Below, piece by piece: positions 54,347 through 64,000 of a stretch of DNA of 64,000 bases. Within the stretch, counting starts at the first letter, position 1; every line of letters starts with the position of its first letter. The notes under the pieces are model-generated. The model made no database searches, had not been told where the DNA came from, and saw only the letters and a list, made by a program, of their open reading frames with translations. The translations under genes and the position numbers were made by a program. Origin of the DNA: an uncultured virus (IMG/VR IMGVR_UViG_3300013004_000028) (taxonomy: Duplodnaviria; Heunggongvirae; Uroviricota; Caudoviricetes); IMG/VR virus record IMGVR_UViG_3300013004_000028; one strand, 5' to 3'.

Positions 54347-55341
54347 ATTAAGATTTGTTCTATTCTTTTTTGGATTGCTTGTTTGATATCTATGTATACA
54401 TCCGGACCTAAGATTTGTTTTAATTTCTTAAAAGAAGGGTAAGAAAAAACATAATGACCGCATATTGAAATAGTTTCTAGTACATTATTATCTGGCTTAA
54501 AATCTTTGTCTACCCACTTTACCCATTTATTAGAATCTTTACAAATCTTAAAAAATTCGAATATATATAAATCGCCTCTTTCTTGTAACTTTTTAGCAAT
54601 AATATCACTTTCTATTTTTCCAAATTCTGGAGCTATATTAATACAATCTAGACCAAGTTCAAATTTTTCCTTTATTAAATCAGAAGACAAATAATCTCCA
54701 TTATGTTCTTTTGATATAAAATTAAATTTTTGACTAATTTTAATCATATCTTTTAATTGATCAGAAGAATATGAACCTATATTTTTATTAGCTTTTAAAG
54801 CTGTTCCAGATTGTATAACTAAATATTTTATATTACTAAAAACTTCTGGATTCAAATTATTTTTTAGATCCGAAACAAATTTATCTAATTCATCTACAGA
54901 AAATTTTCTAATAGCCTCTTCTGTACCTACTTCAAACTCAATATAGGGATTCCATATATAAGCTTGGTTGATCAAAGATATAGTTTCTTTAAGTCCTAAG
55001 TCGTAATCTGAATATTTTTTCCAAGGATCAATATGAATTAAATCTAAACTTAAGCAATCATTTTTTAAAGAATCTATTCCATCATCATCTACTTGACCTT
55101 GATATGGCCCCCCATGATCTCTAACTAAAGTAACTAATGATGTTTTACCTTTAACATAAGATGAAAAAGATTCTGTTGTATTCGCTAAACCATTATCTAA
55201 GAAGTCAACGTAGCCACCCGAAAAGTCAATTTGCCTTCTTGAAGGAATTAAACCTAAAGGAGTATTGTAGATATTAGCATAATCAATAACTGAATCAATA
55301 ACGCTTTTGCTAACTGGACCTATAAACAATTTCGGTTGCAT
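54343..55341 (-). CDS. Tagatose-bisphosphate aldolase/epimerase-like TIM barrel (GatZ/KbaZ-related)
   Basis: RDHGGP.QG, HIDP, EVGTEE, KEHN.DY, NIAPEFG. Confidence 0.65.
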   Translation of the reverse strand: MQPKLFIGPVSKSVIDSVIDYANIYNTPLGLIPSRRQIDFSGGYVDFLDNGLANTTESFSSYVKGKTSLVTLVRDHGGPYQGQVDDDGIDSLKNDCLSLDLIHIDPWKKYSDYDLGLKETISLINQAYIWNPYIEFEVGTEEAIRKFSVDELDKFVSDLKNNLNPEVFSNIKYLVIQSGTALKANKNIGSYSSDQLKDMIKISQKFNFISKEHNGDYLSSDLIKEKFELGLDCINIAPEFGKIESDIIAKKLQERGDLYIFEFFKICKDSNKWVKWVDKDFKPDNNVLETISICGHYVFSYPSFKKLKQILGPDVYIDIKQAIQKRIEQILI

Positions 55342-56894
55342 AAAAATAGAGATTTGTGTAAATTATAAATACCAAAATAGTATAAAAATTCTCCCATCTT
55401 AAATTCATGCAAAGGAGACATGTTTAACCAAATTATAGCAGTCAATACATTTATTTTTTTTAAATCAAAACCATTAGATATTACCCATTCATTAAAGAAC
55501 TCTTTGCAATTTATTAAACGCTCACTTCTTAAAATATCGCATTCAATTACATCGTCTCGAACATTTACATGAAACAACTCTTTAAAAAGAATATCGTGAT
55601 TTAATATAAGATTATGATTTAATTTTGCTAAATCGTAATATATATCACCATTTAATATAGAACCTCCGAAATCTTGTCTCCAATCAAGCAGAACAAATTC
55701 ACCATTGTCATAAATAATATTATCAAGAATAAAATCCCCGTGGAATCTAAATACAGAATCTGTACATAACCAATCTATATCTATACTTTCTAAGATAGAT
55801 TTTAAACTAGGGATTTCTCTACCATTAATGATTAATTTTTTATCGAATATTTTATTATTAGATTGGAAAGTCGAAACTCTTTTTTGAGTTTTATCGAAAT
55901 AAAAATCATAACAAATCTTTTTAAAATCTTGATCTACGCCTTTACTTTTCCATAAATTGTTTTTACTCCATTTCAAAAAGTCAGAAAAAATATTAGTATT
56001 AACACAAGATGCTAACAACTCACCTTTAGCGTATTCATATTTATAAAAATTCTTTGAACTAGATATAATTGAAGGCGTTACATCTTTCAACTCAAGCGCT
56101 CTAGCCACTCTATTAGCACAAATATTTTCATTATTAAAGAATTTTATAACGAAATCTTGAAATATAAAAATAGATTCATCATCTTTGTCAAGTAAATGAA
56201 ATTTATCTGATATTACTTCTCTTGATTTTTTTAACTCAAAAGAATTACCTGTGTCTAACCATTCTGGAAAAATAATATTATTCCAGTTTACATTCATTCT
56301 ATTAATAGCATGACAGTCGCTTAAAGAAGAATCTAAAGGATTTTCATTGTATATATCCTCTAAATTTTTCCAAAACAATTCATAAGATGAAATACCAGCT
56401 AATCCTATGTAAGCAAGATTAGAAACTAAACTACCCTTATCATATATAAATCCATTTTTCCCAATAGTTCTATACTCAGAACAATTTTCTTTCTCACAAA
56501 TACCTAACCAATCACTTTTAAATTTTTCATCAGAAAAATCAAAAGAATCTTTACTGACTATAGTATCAGAAGAATGGAATATAAACTTGCATTGCAAATG
56601 CTCTTTAGCTTTTAATAAAGAATAAGCTAAACTAGATCCATCTCCATAGTATTTATCAACTTCAACGAATGTTATTTTTCTTTTAGGATACGCCAATTCT
56701 ACAAATTGTTTTACATAATCACCGAAATAACCAAGAGTTATAACTATTTCAGTATCTTCAGGATAACTTTCTATAATGTAAGAGAGAGTAGGTTTTTTGC
56801 CTACCCTAATAAGAGACTTATTAGTATATTTAGTTAAATTGCCAAGACGAGATCCTATACCACTCGTAGTGATTAATACTTTAAACTCTTCCAT
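55320..56894 (-). CDS. Nucleotidyltransferase fused to an APH/choline-kinase-like domain
   Basis: G.GSRL...NKSL, W.DTG; HGDF..DN, LDWR, YYDLAKL. Confidence 0.85.
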   Translation of the reverse strand: MEEFKVLITTSGIGSRLGNLTKYTNKSLIRVGKKPTLSYIIESYPEDTEIVITLGYFGDYVKQFVELAYPKRKITFVEVDKYYGDGSSLAYSLLKAKEHLQCKFIFHSSDTIVSKDSFDFSDEKFKSDWLGICEKENCSEYRTIGKNGFIYDKGSLVSNLAYIGLAGISSYELFWKNLEDIYNENPLDSSLSDCHAINRMNVNWNNIIFPEWLDTGNSFELKKSREVISDKFHLLDKDDESIFIFQDFVIKFFNNENICANRVARALELKDVTPSIISSSKNFYKYEYAKGELLASCVNTNIFSDFLKWSKNNLWKSKGVDQDFKKICYDFYFDKTQKRVSTFQSNNKIFDKKLIINGREIPSLKSILESIDIDWLCTDSVFRFHGDFILDNIIYDNGEFVLLDWRQDFGGSILNGDIYYDLAKLNHNLILNHDILFKELFHVNVRDDVIECDILRSERLINCKEFFNEWVISNGFDLKKINVLTAIIWLNMSPLHEFKMGEFLYYFGIYNLHKSLFLCNRNCL

Positions 56895-57231
56895 AACTAT
56901 CTTCGAGTCTGATTACATCGTCCAAATGATTTGTAGAACATTCGATATATAAAGAATTTTCTATACCTTCGCATCTATGAATCATAAAAGGAGGTAGAAC
57001 AAAGAAAGCTCCGGGCTTTAAAACTATATCTTTCAAAGATTCTTGAGTCTCTCCATACGAAAATTTAAGCAAACCATTTACCACAAAAAAAGTTTCATGT
57101 TTATGTTCATGATACTGTAAGCTACAACTATGCCCGGCCTTCATAAAAAGCTCTTTGACAACATAATTATCATTTACTTCTAGCCATCTTTCATAACCCC
57201 AAGGTTTTTGAATGTAAGAAATCTCAGTCAT
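56881..57231 (-). CDS. Cupin sugar isomerase (type II PMI-like)
   Basis: KPWG, SLQYH..K.E, H, E.ST...DD..RLED.YGR. Confidence 0.85.
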   Translation of the reverse strand: MTEISYIQKPWGYERWLEVNDNYVVKELFMKAGHSCSLQYHEHKHETFFVVNGLLKFSYGETQESLKDIVLKPGAFFVLPPFMIHRCEGIENSLYIECSTNHLDDVIRLEDSYGRV

Positions 57232-57232
57232 A

Positions 57233-57589
57233 CTATATGTACACTTCAGATATTCCCTCGTTTCGTTTCAAACTTAACGAAATTGCAGTTTCATCATCGC
57301 TATCTGGTTTTTTATCATTTATTAAAATTCTTGTACCTCCTCCTATACCCATAATCAACTGGTCATAATAAATCCCCTTTTCTGTCAACTGTTCTTCTGT
57401 TCTTTTTCGAGTGCTCTCTCTTCTACCTGTCGTCAGAATAATATTATAGCCCTTCCTATCCCATTCTGAGAGCTTTTCGAGAGTTCCGGGTAGTAATTGA
57501 AGGCTTTCAGTAAACTGTTTCTCTATCGAGCCTAGATGAGAAACTAGCGTTCCATCAATATCAAGGAAAATTGTTTTAGGTCTTGTCAT
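57233..57589 (-). CDS. HAD-family phosphatase
   Basis: DIDGT, TTGR, IND.K. Confidence 0.85.
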   Translation of the reverse strand: MTRPKTIFLDIDGTLVSHLGSIEKQFTESLQLLPGTLEKLSEWDRKGYNIILTTGRRESTRKRTEEQLTEKGIYYDQLIMGIGGGTRILINDKKPDSDDETAISLSLKRNEGISEVYI

Positions 57590-57593
57590 ATTA

Positions 57594-58331
57594 TTAGTTT
57601 GTATAAATTTTTTTAAGATTCTCGGATCTATATTTTGGCCAATATACACTTACATCTTTATCGTAAAAAATACCCTCTTGACTCTTAATATTAAAATTTA
57701 TAGATTTTTTTTGATTTTTATAAAATGTATAAATTAAAGCTTCTGGGATTAAATTTTGTTTCAAATAATCTTCTTTAACTAAAAAATTATAATATTTCGA
57801 AAGTAACTTCATTAAAGAATAATCTCCTTGTATGAATCTGTCTTCAGCTACAGGAGGATCATAATCGTAAGATCTAACTAAAATAATTTCATTCAATTGC
57901 GGAATTAATAATTTTTTAATATTTAAAAATTTAACTAAGTCTAATCTTGTTAATATAATCATATCATATTTTTCAGATTTTTTTACTAAATTTATTGATT
58001 TAGAAATATTATCTGCCATAGAAAGAATTCTAGCAGAAATTAAATCGTGAGAATTAGTTATAGGATAATTATATTTTTTACAAATTTTTTTATATTTTTC
58101 TAAGTTATATTTGTGAATAATGAATTTAATTTTACACTCTGGCAAATCAAAATTAATATTTGCATTAATAGGTATAGTTTGTAAAGATATTTCATCTATT
58201 AAATTAGGAATGCTATAATAGAAGTCAACAGTTTGAATATTATGCTCTTTCATTTTTTCATAAAAGATATGAACATTTTGTAAATTGTCCAAAGATCTCA
58301 ATAAACCATAAAAACATACCGCTACTTTCAT
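57594..58331 (-). CDS. Putative glycosyltransferase-like protein
   Basis: KVAVC..G..R, YD.II.TR.D; resembles the next gene. Confidence 0.6.
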   Translation of the reverse strand: MKVAVCFYGLLRSLDNLQNVHIFYEKMKEHNIQTVDFYYSIPNLIDEISLQTIPINANINFDLPECKIKFIIHKYNLEKYKKICKKYNYPITNSHDLISARILSMADNISKSINLVKKSEKYDMIILTRLDLVKFLNIKKLLIPQLNEIILVRSYDYDPPVAEDRFIQGDYSLMKLLSKYYNFLVKEDYLKQNLIPEALIYTFYKNQKKSINFNIKSQEGIFYDKDVSVYWPKYRSENLKKIYTN

Positions 58332-58346
58332 TTAAATATAATCTGT

Positions 58347-59111
58347 TTATTTGATCTTTTTTTTAAAAACCGCATTTTGTCTGCCGTCTGCCCTTTTGAT
58401 ATAATAATCAATGTAATATTGTTCTAAATTTGTATGAAAACTTTGACTCGGTAGCTTATCAGATATTCCAAGTTCCGTCATTGCTTCTAGAGAAAAACAA
58501 AATCCTCCATTCAACAAATGTAAAACTAAAAGGGCGTGAGGGTCTGGATTATAGTTATTAAAAATTCCATTAGCTCTAATTTCCGTTTCTAGGTCAGGTA
58601 TATTATTATACAAGTCTGCATAATGATCCATTAACTCGGAATTAGATATGCAAACCCAATCTCCAAACCAGCCATCATCGTGTGTTAAAGTATATGTATT
58701 AACATTTATATCGTCTAAATTAAATTTTGAATTTATTATTAAATCTGGTCTAGTAGATAAAACTATATCAAACTTTATATTATTCTTTTCTTCAAAAATA
58801 GACTTGCTCACATTGGAGCAGTATATTATCTTGTACTGAGAGTGAGTTCTATCTAAAAAAATATCAAACTCATTAATGCCAACAATAATATCCTCTTTTA
58901 CTTCTTTAATTAATTGAGCGTCTGTCCTGACATTTTTGTAAGGAGTGTTATCATGGTCCCAATCTAAAAAAGACCAAGTTTGCAAGAAAAAGTAAAAATC
59001 GTAATTATGATTTTTATTTACTAAAAAGTTTTCTAAATTTTTAATACATAAATTTAAAACTTCATAATTTCTTATATGTCCTCTTAGCAGTATAGCTACT
59101 TTTTTTTTCAT
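58347..59111 (-). CDS. Putative glycosyltransferase-like protein
   Basis: KVA.L.RG..R, TW, FD.V..TRPD. Confidence 0.6.
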   Translation of the reverse strand: MKKKVAILLRGHIRNYEVLNLCIKNLENFLVNKNHNYDFYFFLQTWSFLDWDHDNTPYKNVRTDAQLIKEVKEDIIVGINEFDIFLDRTHSQYKIIYCSNVSKSIFEEKNNIKFDIVLSTRPDLIINSKFNLDDINVNTYTLTHDDGWFGDWVCISNSELMDHYADLYNNIPDLETEIRANGIFNNYNPDPHALLVLHLLNGGFCFSLEAMTELGISDKLPSQSFHTNLEQYYIDYYIKRADGRQNAVFKKKIK

Positions 59112-59809
59112 TGTTTAATCTCTTTGTTAAACCATTCTTGTTCTAAATTATATACCTCTTCAGAAGAAAGATACCCGGTTTCGTGAGACGTATTTATAAT
59201 ACCAGTTTTGTACAAGGGAAAACTTCTTTTGACTAAAACCGTGAGACCATATCTTAAACACCCTCCACCATAGGGCAAATTAATAATATCAAAAGTACCA
59301 TCATTTAATTCTGTATATAAATCAATTACGAACTTTCTACAACCAACATGAGAATAAGTATCATGAAAAACAATAATACCTTCCTCTGTTAAGTATTTAT
59401 AAACTTTATTAAAATCATTTTTGATCCCATTATAAGAATGGTCTCCATCAATAAAAGCAAAGTCTATCTTACCCCCAGTATCTTTAAATAGAATATCTTC
59501 AAATTCTTGAGATGTAGTATCTATTTTAGTTAATTTAAAATTTTTATCATCATGTCCTGATTCTATAAGCTTCCTATCTATATTTTCTTTAGTTGTATTG
59601 ACTTTATTCGGACCTATGTAAGCTCCTATTTCATCCCAAAAATCATATCCATAAAAAAAACCAGAATTTACCTTAGCAACAGAAGCTAAATGAATAGATG
59701 TATTTCCATATTGCACTCCTATTTCTACTATAGTTTTAGAATTTGATAACAGAGCTAATTGTTCTATAAATATAGAATAATTGTAATCATTATTAATTGT
59801 TTTTAACAT
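59108..59809 (-). CDS. Methyltransf_24-like SAM methyltransferase
   Basis: VEIGV..G, FIDGDHSY, VFHD. Confidence 0.85.
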   Translation of the reverse strand: MLKTINNDYNYSIFIEQLALLSNSKTIVEIGVQYGNTSIHLASVAKVNSGFFYGYDFWDEIGAYIGPNKVNTTKENIDRKLIESGHDDKNFKLTKIDTTSQEFEDILFKDTGGKIDFAFIDGDHSYNGIKNDFNKVYKYLTEEGIIVFHDTYSHVGCRKFVIDLYTELNDGTFDIINLPYGGGCLRYGLTVLVKRSFPLYKTGIINTSHETGYLSSEEVYNLEQEWFNKEIKQ

Positions 59810-59810
59810 A

Positions 59811-60509
59811 TTATTTTCTTTTAGCTAAAAGTTTTTCTATAGGAGACATCCAACTTGAATCATAATTTTCAATAAACTGTGGATAACCTCTACTTAAATA
59901 ATCGCCAATCAACGAATTATCAACTATACTATACCCTTCGTTTTCAAAAAAAATTCCATAAGCTCCCTCCATTGAATAAGCTGCAATTCCGACTTTAGAT
60001 AAAGAATATTCACTATAAGTTGGTATTATTTTATCAACACCTTTCTCTTTAAAAATTTTCATTATCTTATTTTTTACAAAGAATATTGGACCTTGAATTG
60101 CAAATCCAGAGTATGGAATTTTATAAGGTGTTTCTGATAAAATTGCATCAGTACTTAAACTATTATTGTCGCCATTAGAAAAAGGGAAGTAAGCGAAATT
60201 TGTAAAATCTTTTTCTTTCAAAAAATCTAAATTATTTTTCACTCTCATTGAGTCATGCAGGAAATAATAAAAATCTTCATCTGGAAATGCATTGTAAGCT
60301 ATCCAATATGCTCCTACATGGTAATTTTCATTTTTAACATCTAAAATTTGAATATTTTTATACAGACTTTGAAGTTCAAAATATGATTTATCTTCACTAT
60401 TACTATCAATTATTACTATTTTTTCATCCTCATGAAATTTTCTAATATCATCGACTAATTGATAAATAAAATTTTTTTCTTTTTGAAATTTGCAAGGTAT
60501 AACAAACAT
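59811..60509 (-). CDS. GT-A-like protein
   Basis: IVIIDSNS.D, FLHDS. Confidence 0.6.
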   Translation of the reverse strand: MFVIPCKFQKEKNFIYQLVDDIRKFHEDEKIVIIDSNSEDKSYFELQSLYKNIQILDVKNENYHVGAYWIAYNAFPDEDFYYFLHDSMRVKNNLDFLKEKDFTNFAYFPFSNGDNNSLSTDAILSETPYKIPYSGFAIQGPIFFVKNKIMKIFKEKGVDKIIPTYSEYSLSKVGIAAYSMEGAYGIFFENEGYSIVDNSLIGDYLSRGYPQFIENYDSSWMSPIEKLLAKRK

Positions 60510-61079
60510 TTATTTAAGAATTTTTACTATTTTTTGCTCGTCTCTGTCCGTAAGATAATGATCAATAAATTCATATTGTCTATTAAAATCTTTTACCCAT
60601 TCATAAAAACACTTCTGTTCATGATTCCCATGTTGAGATCCACTTCCATTAAAAACCCACTCATCAAAAACAATTATAGTATTCGGAACTATGAAGTCAT
60701 TGAGTTTATATAAAACAGTTTTTGTAGACGAATATAAATCACAATCAACATGCAGAATCCCTATAGGTTTTGCAATTTTAATATAATTACCTATGGTCTC
60801 TTCAAACCAACCCTTAAAGAAGGTAATTCCTTCTATTTTAGGAACATCACCTTTTGTAGAAAAATAACCCTTACGACAAACTCCATGTCCAGCTATACTC
60901 CCATCTTCACAAGCCCAATCCTCTGGTAAGCCTTCGAAAGAATCAAAACCAAAAATTTTAAAGGATTCGTCAAGATTTTTTCTTAATATAGAAATTGTTC
61001 TCCCTTTAAAAACTCCAAATTCTAACACATCTTTTAAATTATTATCTATTAATTTTAATGCTTTTTCTAAATGAGTCAT
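60510..61079 (-). CDS. TylF/MycF-like O-methyltransferase
   Basis: LEFGV..G, FDSFEGLP, GWF..T, HVDCDLY.S, FDE. Confidence 0.85.
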   Translation of the reverse strand: MTHLEKALKLIDNNLKDVLEFGVFKGRTISILRKNLDESFKIFGFDSFEGLPEDWACEDGSIAGHGVCRKGYFSTKGDVPKIEGITFFKGWFEETIGNYIKIAKPIGILHVDCDLYSSTKTVLYKLNDFIVPNTIIVFDEWVFNGSGSQHGNHEQKCFYEWVKDFNRQYEFIDHYLTDRDEQKIVKILK

Positions 61080-61080
61080 A

Positions 61081-61731
61081 TTATAATTTTTCTAAGATTG
61101 ATGTTATATGTTTTTTATCTTCGTTCAGGTCAAATATTCTTATACTTTTTAAGTTATCTTTGATATATTTTATATCTCCTTCATTTATAAAAGGAGTAAT
61201 AAGCTCTCCATTGACTTCCATTTTCTTTAGAACATTGTAGGCTGTTTCAGGGGAATCCTCGCAGAGACCTAACGGAGATAGCCAGTCTTTCATAAAAGAT
61301 GTGTGCAAATCTTCAACAATATAAATTCCTTTATTTTTTAAGAATTTAAAAAGATAGCCGAGAGTTATCTGTTGATGAGTAGGAACATGTCCTCCATCAT
61401 CTATAATTAGATCAAAATCACCTCCAACATCCTTGATAAGATTGTTAAGATCATTATCAATAGCTTGATTACCAAGTCTTGTTACTATCCTCTGCTCAGA
61501 GAACAATTGACGAGCTTGAACATCCATACCATATACAGTAGCATTTGGGAAGAAATCTCTCCACATTCTTAACGAGAATCCATCATCTATCCCTATTTCT
61601 AAAACTTTTTTAATATCAAATCTTTTATAATTTAAAAAATCATCATATATCTCACTGAATCCATGATGAGGGTATTTTGTAGTACCCTTGTCTGTTCCAT
61701 AAGAATTAGCTATTTGCGTAAGTAATTTCAT
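61081..61731 (-). CDS. Sugar O-methyltransferase (MycE/TylE-like)
   Basis: GTDK, LEIGI..G.SL.MW, IIDDGGH, VEDLHTS. Confidence 0.8.
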   Translation of the reverse strand: MKLLTQIANSYGTDKGTTKYPHHGFSEIYDDFLNYKRFDIKKVLEIGIDDGFSLRMWRDFFPNATVYGMDVQARQLFSEQRIVTRLGNQAIDNDLNNLIKDVGGDFDLIIDDGGHVPTHQQITLGYLFKFLKNKGIYIVEDLHTSFMKDWLSPLGLCEDSPETAYNVLKKMEVNGELITPFINEGDIKYIKDNLKSIRIFDLNEDKKHITSILEKL

Positions 61732-61734
61732 ATT

Positions 61735-62448
61735 TTAATAAGTCAAAGAAATTCCTGTATCCTGAACCATCGTCAAATTATTGTCATTCCACTCTTCGAA
61801 ATCCCATTTAATAGTATTTAAGTCATTAAAAAAACGTCTTACTTCTCTAAGTCTATAATCCCAAACATTATCTACTACAATTAATGTTTCTGAATGTGAA
61901 ATTTTCAAAGCGTGTTGCCAATCTTTCATAGCTCCTTCATAAGAATGATCTCCATCAATAAAAATTAAATCAAATCCCCCATCTGGGGCAATACTCTTTA
62001 AGATCTCTGAATTTTTATTAAAAAGTTCTTCATTAGAATAATTTACGAAGTTTTTGTACACTATTCCGGGATCAGTCATTTTCCATTCATCGTAGTCAGT
62101 TTTATATGGGTACCAATAATTAGGCTTAATTCTTTTAGGTAAGTTATTTGTAGTTCCATATCCGTCATACCCTCCTTTCTTAATATCAAAAGAATGAATT
62201 ACACCTTCATCTTCCGATAAGTAAGTATCCATTGCCTCTGACATGGCCTTTGTGCTATCAAAATGATATGAACCTATCTCTAAAATATTTTTAGGCTTAA
62301 TCATTCTAACCAATGTATTCATACAAGCCCTACAATGAGTTGAACAACCATGATATTTTGTTCCCTGTAAAATTCCGTTCTCTGGACCTCTATCTATATA
62401 GAAATCTTTGAAATTATTTTTTATATATTCTATTTTATTCATGCTCAT
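61735..62448 (-). CDS. Methyltransf_24-like SAM methyltransferase
   Basis: LEIGS, FIDGDHSYEG, VDN. Confidence 0.8.
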   Translation of the reverse strand: MSMNKIEYIKNNFKDFYIDRGPENGILQGTKYHGCSTHCRACMNTLVRMIKPKNILEIGSYHFDSTKAMSEAMDTYLSEDEGVIHSFDIKKGGYDGYGTTNNLPKRIKPNYWYPYKTDYDEWKMTDPGIVYKNFVNYSNEELFNKNSEILKSIAPDGGFDLIFIDGDHSYEGAMKDWQHALKISHSETLIVVDNVWDYRLREVRRFFNDLNTIKWDFEEWNDNNLTMVQDTGISLTY

Positions 62449-63821
62449 TGTTTCTTATAATTTTCTAAAAAATAATTAAGATCTTCAGGAGTTCCAAGGC
62501 CCCACATATTTTCAGCATGGAATGTCATTACTTTCTTTTTGTCTTCAATTGCTTGATTAAAAACAGGGCAAACATAAAATTCTTTATTAACACGAATATC
62601 TTTTTTAATCATTCGTTCTGCATATTTTACAAAATCTGAACCATTTTTCCAAAAATAATAACCTATCGTAGCTTTATCCGAAATTGGATTTTTTTCAGCT
62701 ACTTCTGTAACTAATCCATTCTCATCGACTTTAGCATAACTCCATTTTGGATGAGTACTACTAAATGTAACGATACCCCCATCAGAATTGGTTTCCTGCA
62801 TCTTATACATAAATTCGCTAGAATTCCAATCTACATATTGATCAGAATTAGCAAAAAATAATGGATTATCATTATTGATTAATTCTTTAGCTATTAAAGC
62901 TGTACATGCGGCCCCTTCTGTTAAACCATCCACTTCTAATACTCGACAGTTTGGTGTGATTAAATTTAATAATGAATCTAGATTATACTTTTCTCTATGA
63001 GACTTTTGAACAATATAAATATAATTAGCTTCTATATTCAAAGCTTCTATAACAACTTGAATCATGGGTTTTCCGTTTACCTCGACTAAAGGTTTTGGGA
63101 AAGTATACCCCGCTTTTTCAAAGCGAGAACCTGCTCCAGCCATTGGAATTAAAACATTTAGCTTATTATCTACCCATTTAGGAATCATAGGTTTAGAGTT
63201 TGTATTAATAGATTTTATTTTAGAGAAAACATTTTCAGATACCACTTCTGAAGAATCCCTTACTCTAAGTACATGAGATTGACTTCTTTGTGCCGCTAAT
63301 AATCCATAAGGAGAGTCTTCTACAATCAATGTTTCTTCACTTAGACATTCGGCTTCCGAAATAGCTTTCCAATACATTTCTGGATGAGGTTTACTATTTT
63401 TTACATCCTCATTAGATAATACAAAATCAAAATAATTAATAATTTGCAATCTTTTTAATACAGTCAAAATTGTTTTTTTAATAGAATTTGAACAACAAGC
63501 TATTTTATATTTATTATCCGATAATTTTTTTATAAGATTTAAAATATTTTCATTCACTTCTATTCTCTGTAAATGCTCTATAGTATATCTTTGCTTATTT
63601 TCCCATATACTATGATGAGAACTCTCTGGCAATCCTTTGTACTGGGTTAGCATAGAAAGTTTTTGACTTGTTTTTAAACCATCATATAAACTTATATGCT
63701 CAGATTCTAGTATAACAAATTCTTCTCCAACTTCTCGAAGAGCACGATTTAAAGATTCAAAATGAATTTTTTTTATATCTACTAAAACTCCATCTAAATC
63801 AAATATTACTAATTTTATCAT
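62445..63821 (-). CDS. HAD phosphatase fused to a sugar nucleotidyltransferase
   Basis: FDLDGVL, SKP.P, EDS; IPMAG.GSRF...PKPL, EK..IS, LGTPEDL. Confidence 0.9.
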   Translation of the reverse strand: MIKLVIFDLDGVLVDIKKIHFESLNRALREVGEEFVILESEHISLYDGLKTSQKLSMLTQYKGLPESSHHSIWENKQRYTIEHLQRIEVNENILNLIKKLSDNKYKIACCSNSIKKTILTVLKRLQIINYFDFVLSNEDVKNSKPHPEMYWKAISEAECLSEETLIVEDSPYGLLAAQRSQSHVLRVRDSSEVVSENVFSKIKSINTNSKPMIPKWVDNKLNVLIPMAGAGSRFEKAGYTFPKPLVEVNGKPMIQVVIEALNIEANYIYIVQKSHREKYNLDSLLNLITPNCRVLEVDGLTEGAACTALIAKELINNDNPLFFANSDQYVDWNSSEFMYKMQETNSDGGIVTFSSTHPKWSYAKVDENGLVTEVAEKNPISDKATIGYYFWKNGSDFVKYAERMIKKDIRVNKEFYVCPVFNQAIEDKKKVMTFHAENMWGLGTPEDLNYFLENYKKQ

Positions 63822-63893
63822 TTTAACGAATCTTTCATATCCAAATAATTGCCGAGTTATTGACCATTAAATTAAAGATATAGTTTCTATACA

Positions 63894-63998
63894 TTAAGAA
63901 AGTGCAATAATTTTATTTAGAGTTTCCTTTGAAGTTTCTTCAAATACCCTATCTTTTCCGGCTTTTGTAATAATAACCTCGGAATGAGGATTCATTGA
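63894..63998 (-). CDS. 3' end of a gene truncated by the window edge
   Basis: Open frame SMNPHSEVIITKAGKDRVFEETSKETLNKIIALS*. Confidence 0.5.
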   Translation of the reverse strand, partial: SMNPHSEVIITKAGKDRVFEETSKETLNKIIALS

Positions 63999-64000
63999 AA

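Noticed and set aside
1..64000. Stop-codon reassignment
   Set aside because: Long genes are intact in the standard code, TAG and TGA terminate well-packed genes, and no suppressor tRNA was found.

Overview
Gene-dense segment of a large, probably jumbo, dsDNA phage genome in the standard genetic code, mostly encoded on the minus strand. An outer-membrane beta-barrel gene points to a diderm host. (1) 1-12.8 kb is an array of small-gene cassettes. Most carry their own leaderless sigma70-type promoter. They are separated by 16 copies of an element built on two TAGGGGATTCCCCTA palindromes around a 15-bp core, which in the first copies forms a ~100-bp imperfect inverted repeat. The core occurs in both orientations. 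The array also holds 17-bp TGTTACACCA iterons, sigma54-like -24/-12 boxes, 73/49-bp tandem repeats, a lysozyme, a RuvB-like ATPase and a Gp88-like gene. (2) 12.8-27.8 kb holds early-type small genes (DUF932-like, YubB-like, OMP beta-barrel, YopX) and a candidate GU-loop sRNA. (3) 27.8-37.2 kb is translation-related: TilS, six tRNAs and a tmRNA with an atypical tag, plus an HNH nuclease, an Hc1-like protein and ten tandem Gly-X repeat mini-proteins. (4) 37-44 kb holds a macro domain, a DUF6745-like gene pair with a chain of translationally coupled Ser/Asn/Ile-rich mini-paralogs, and a Zn deaminase. (5) 44.6-64 kb is a ~19-kb glycosylation, nucleotide-sugar and methyltransferase cluster. Family names are recognised by eye from motifs and were not confirmed by any search.
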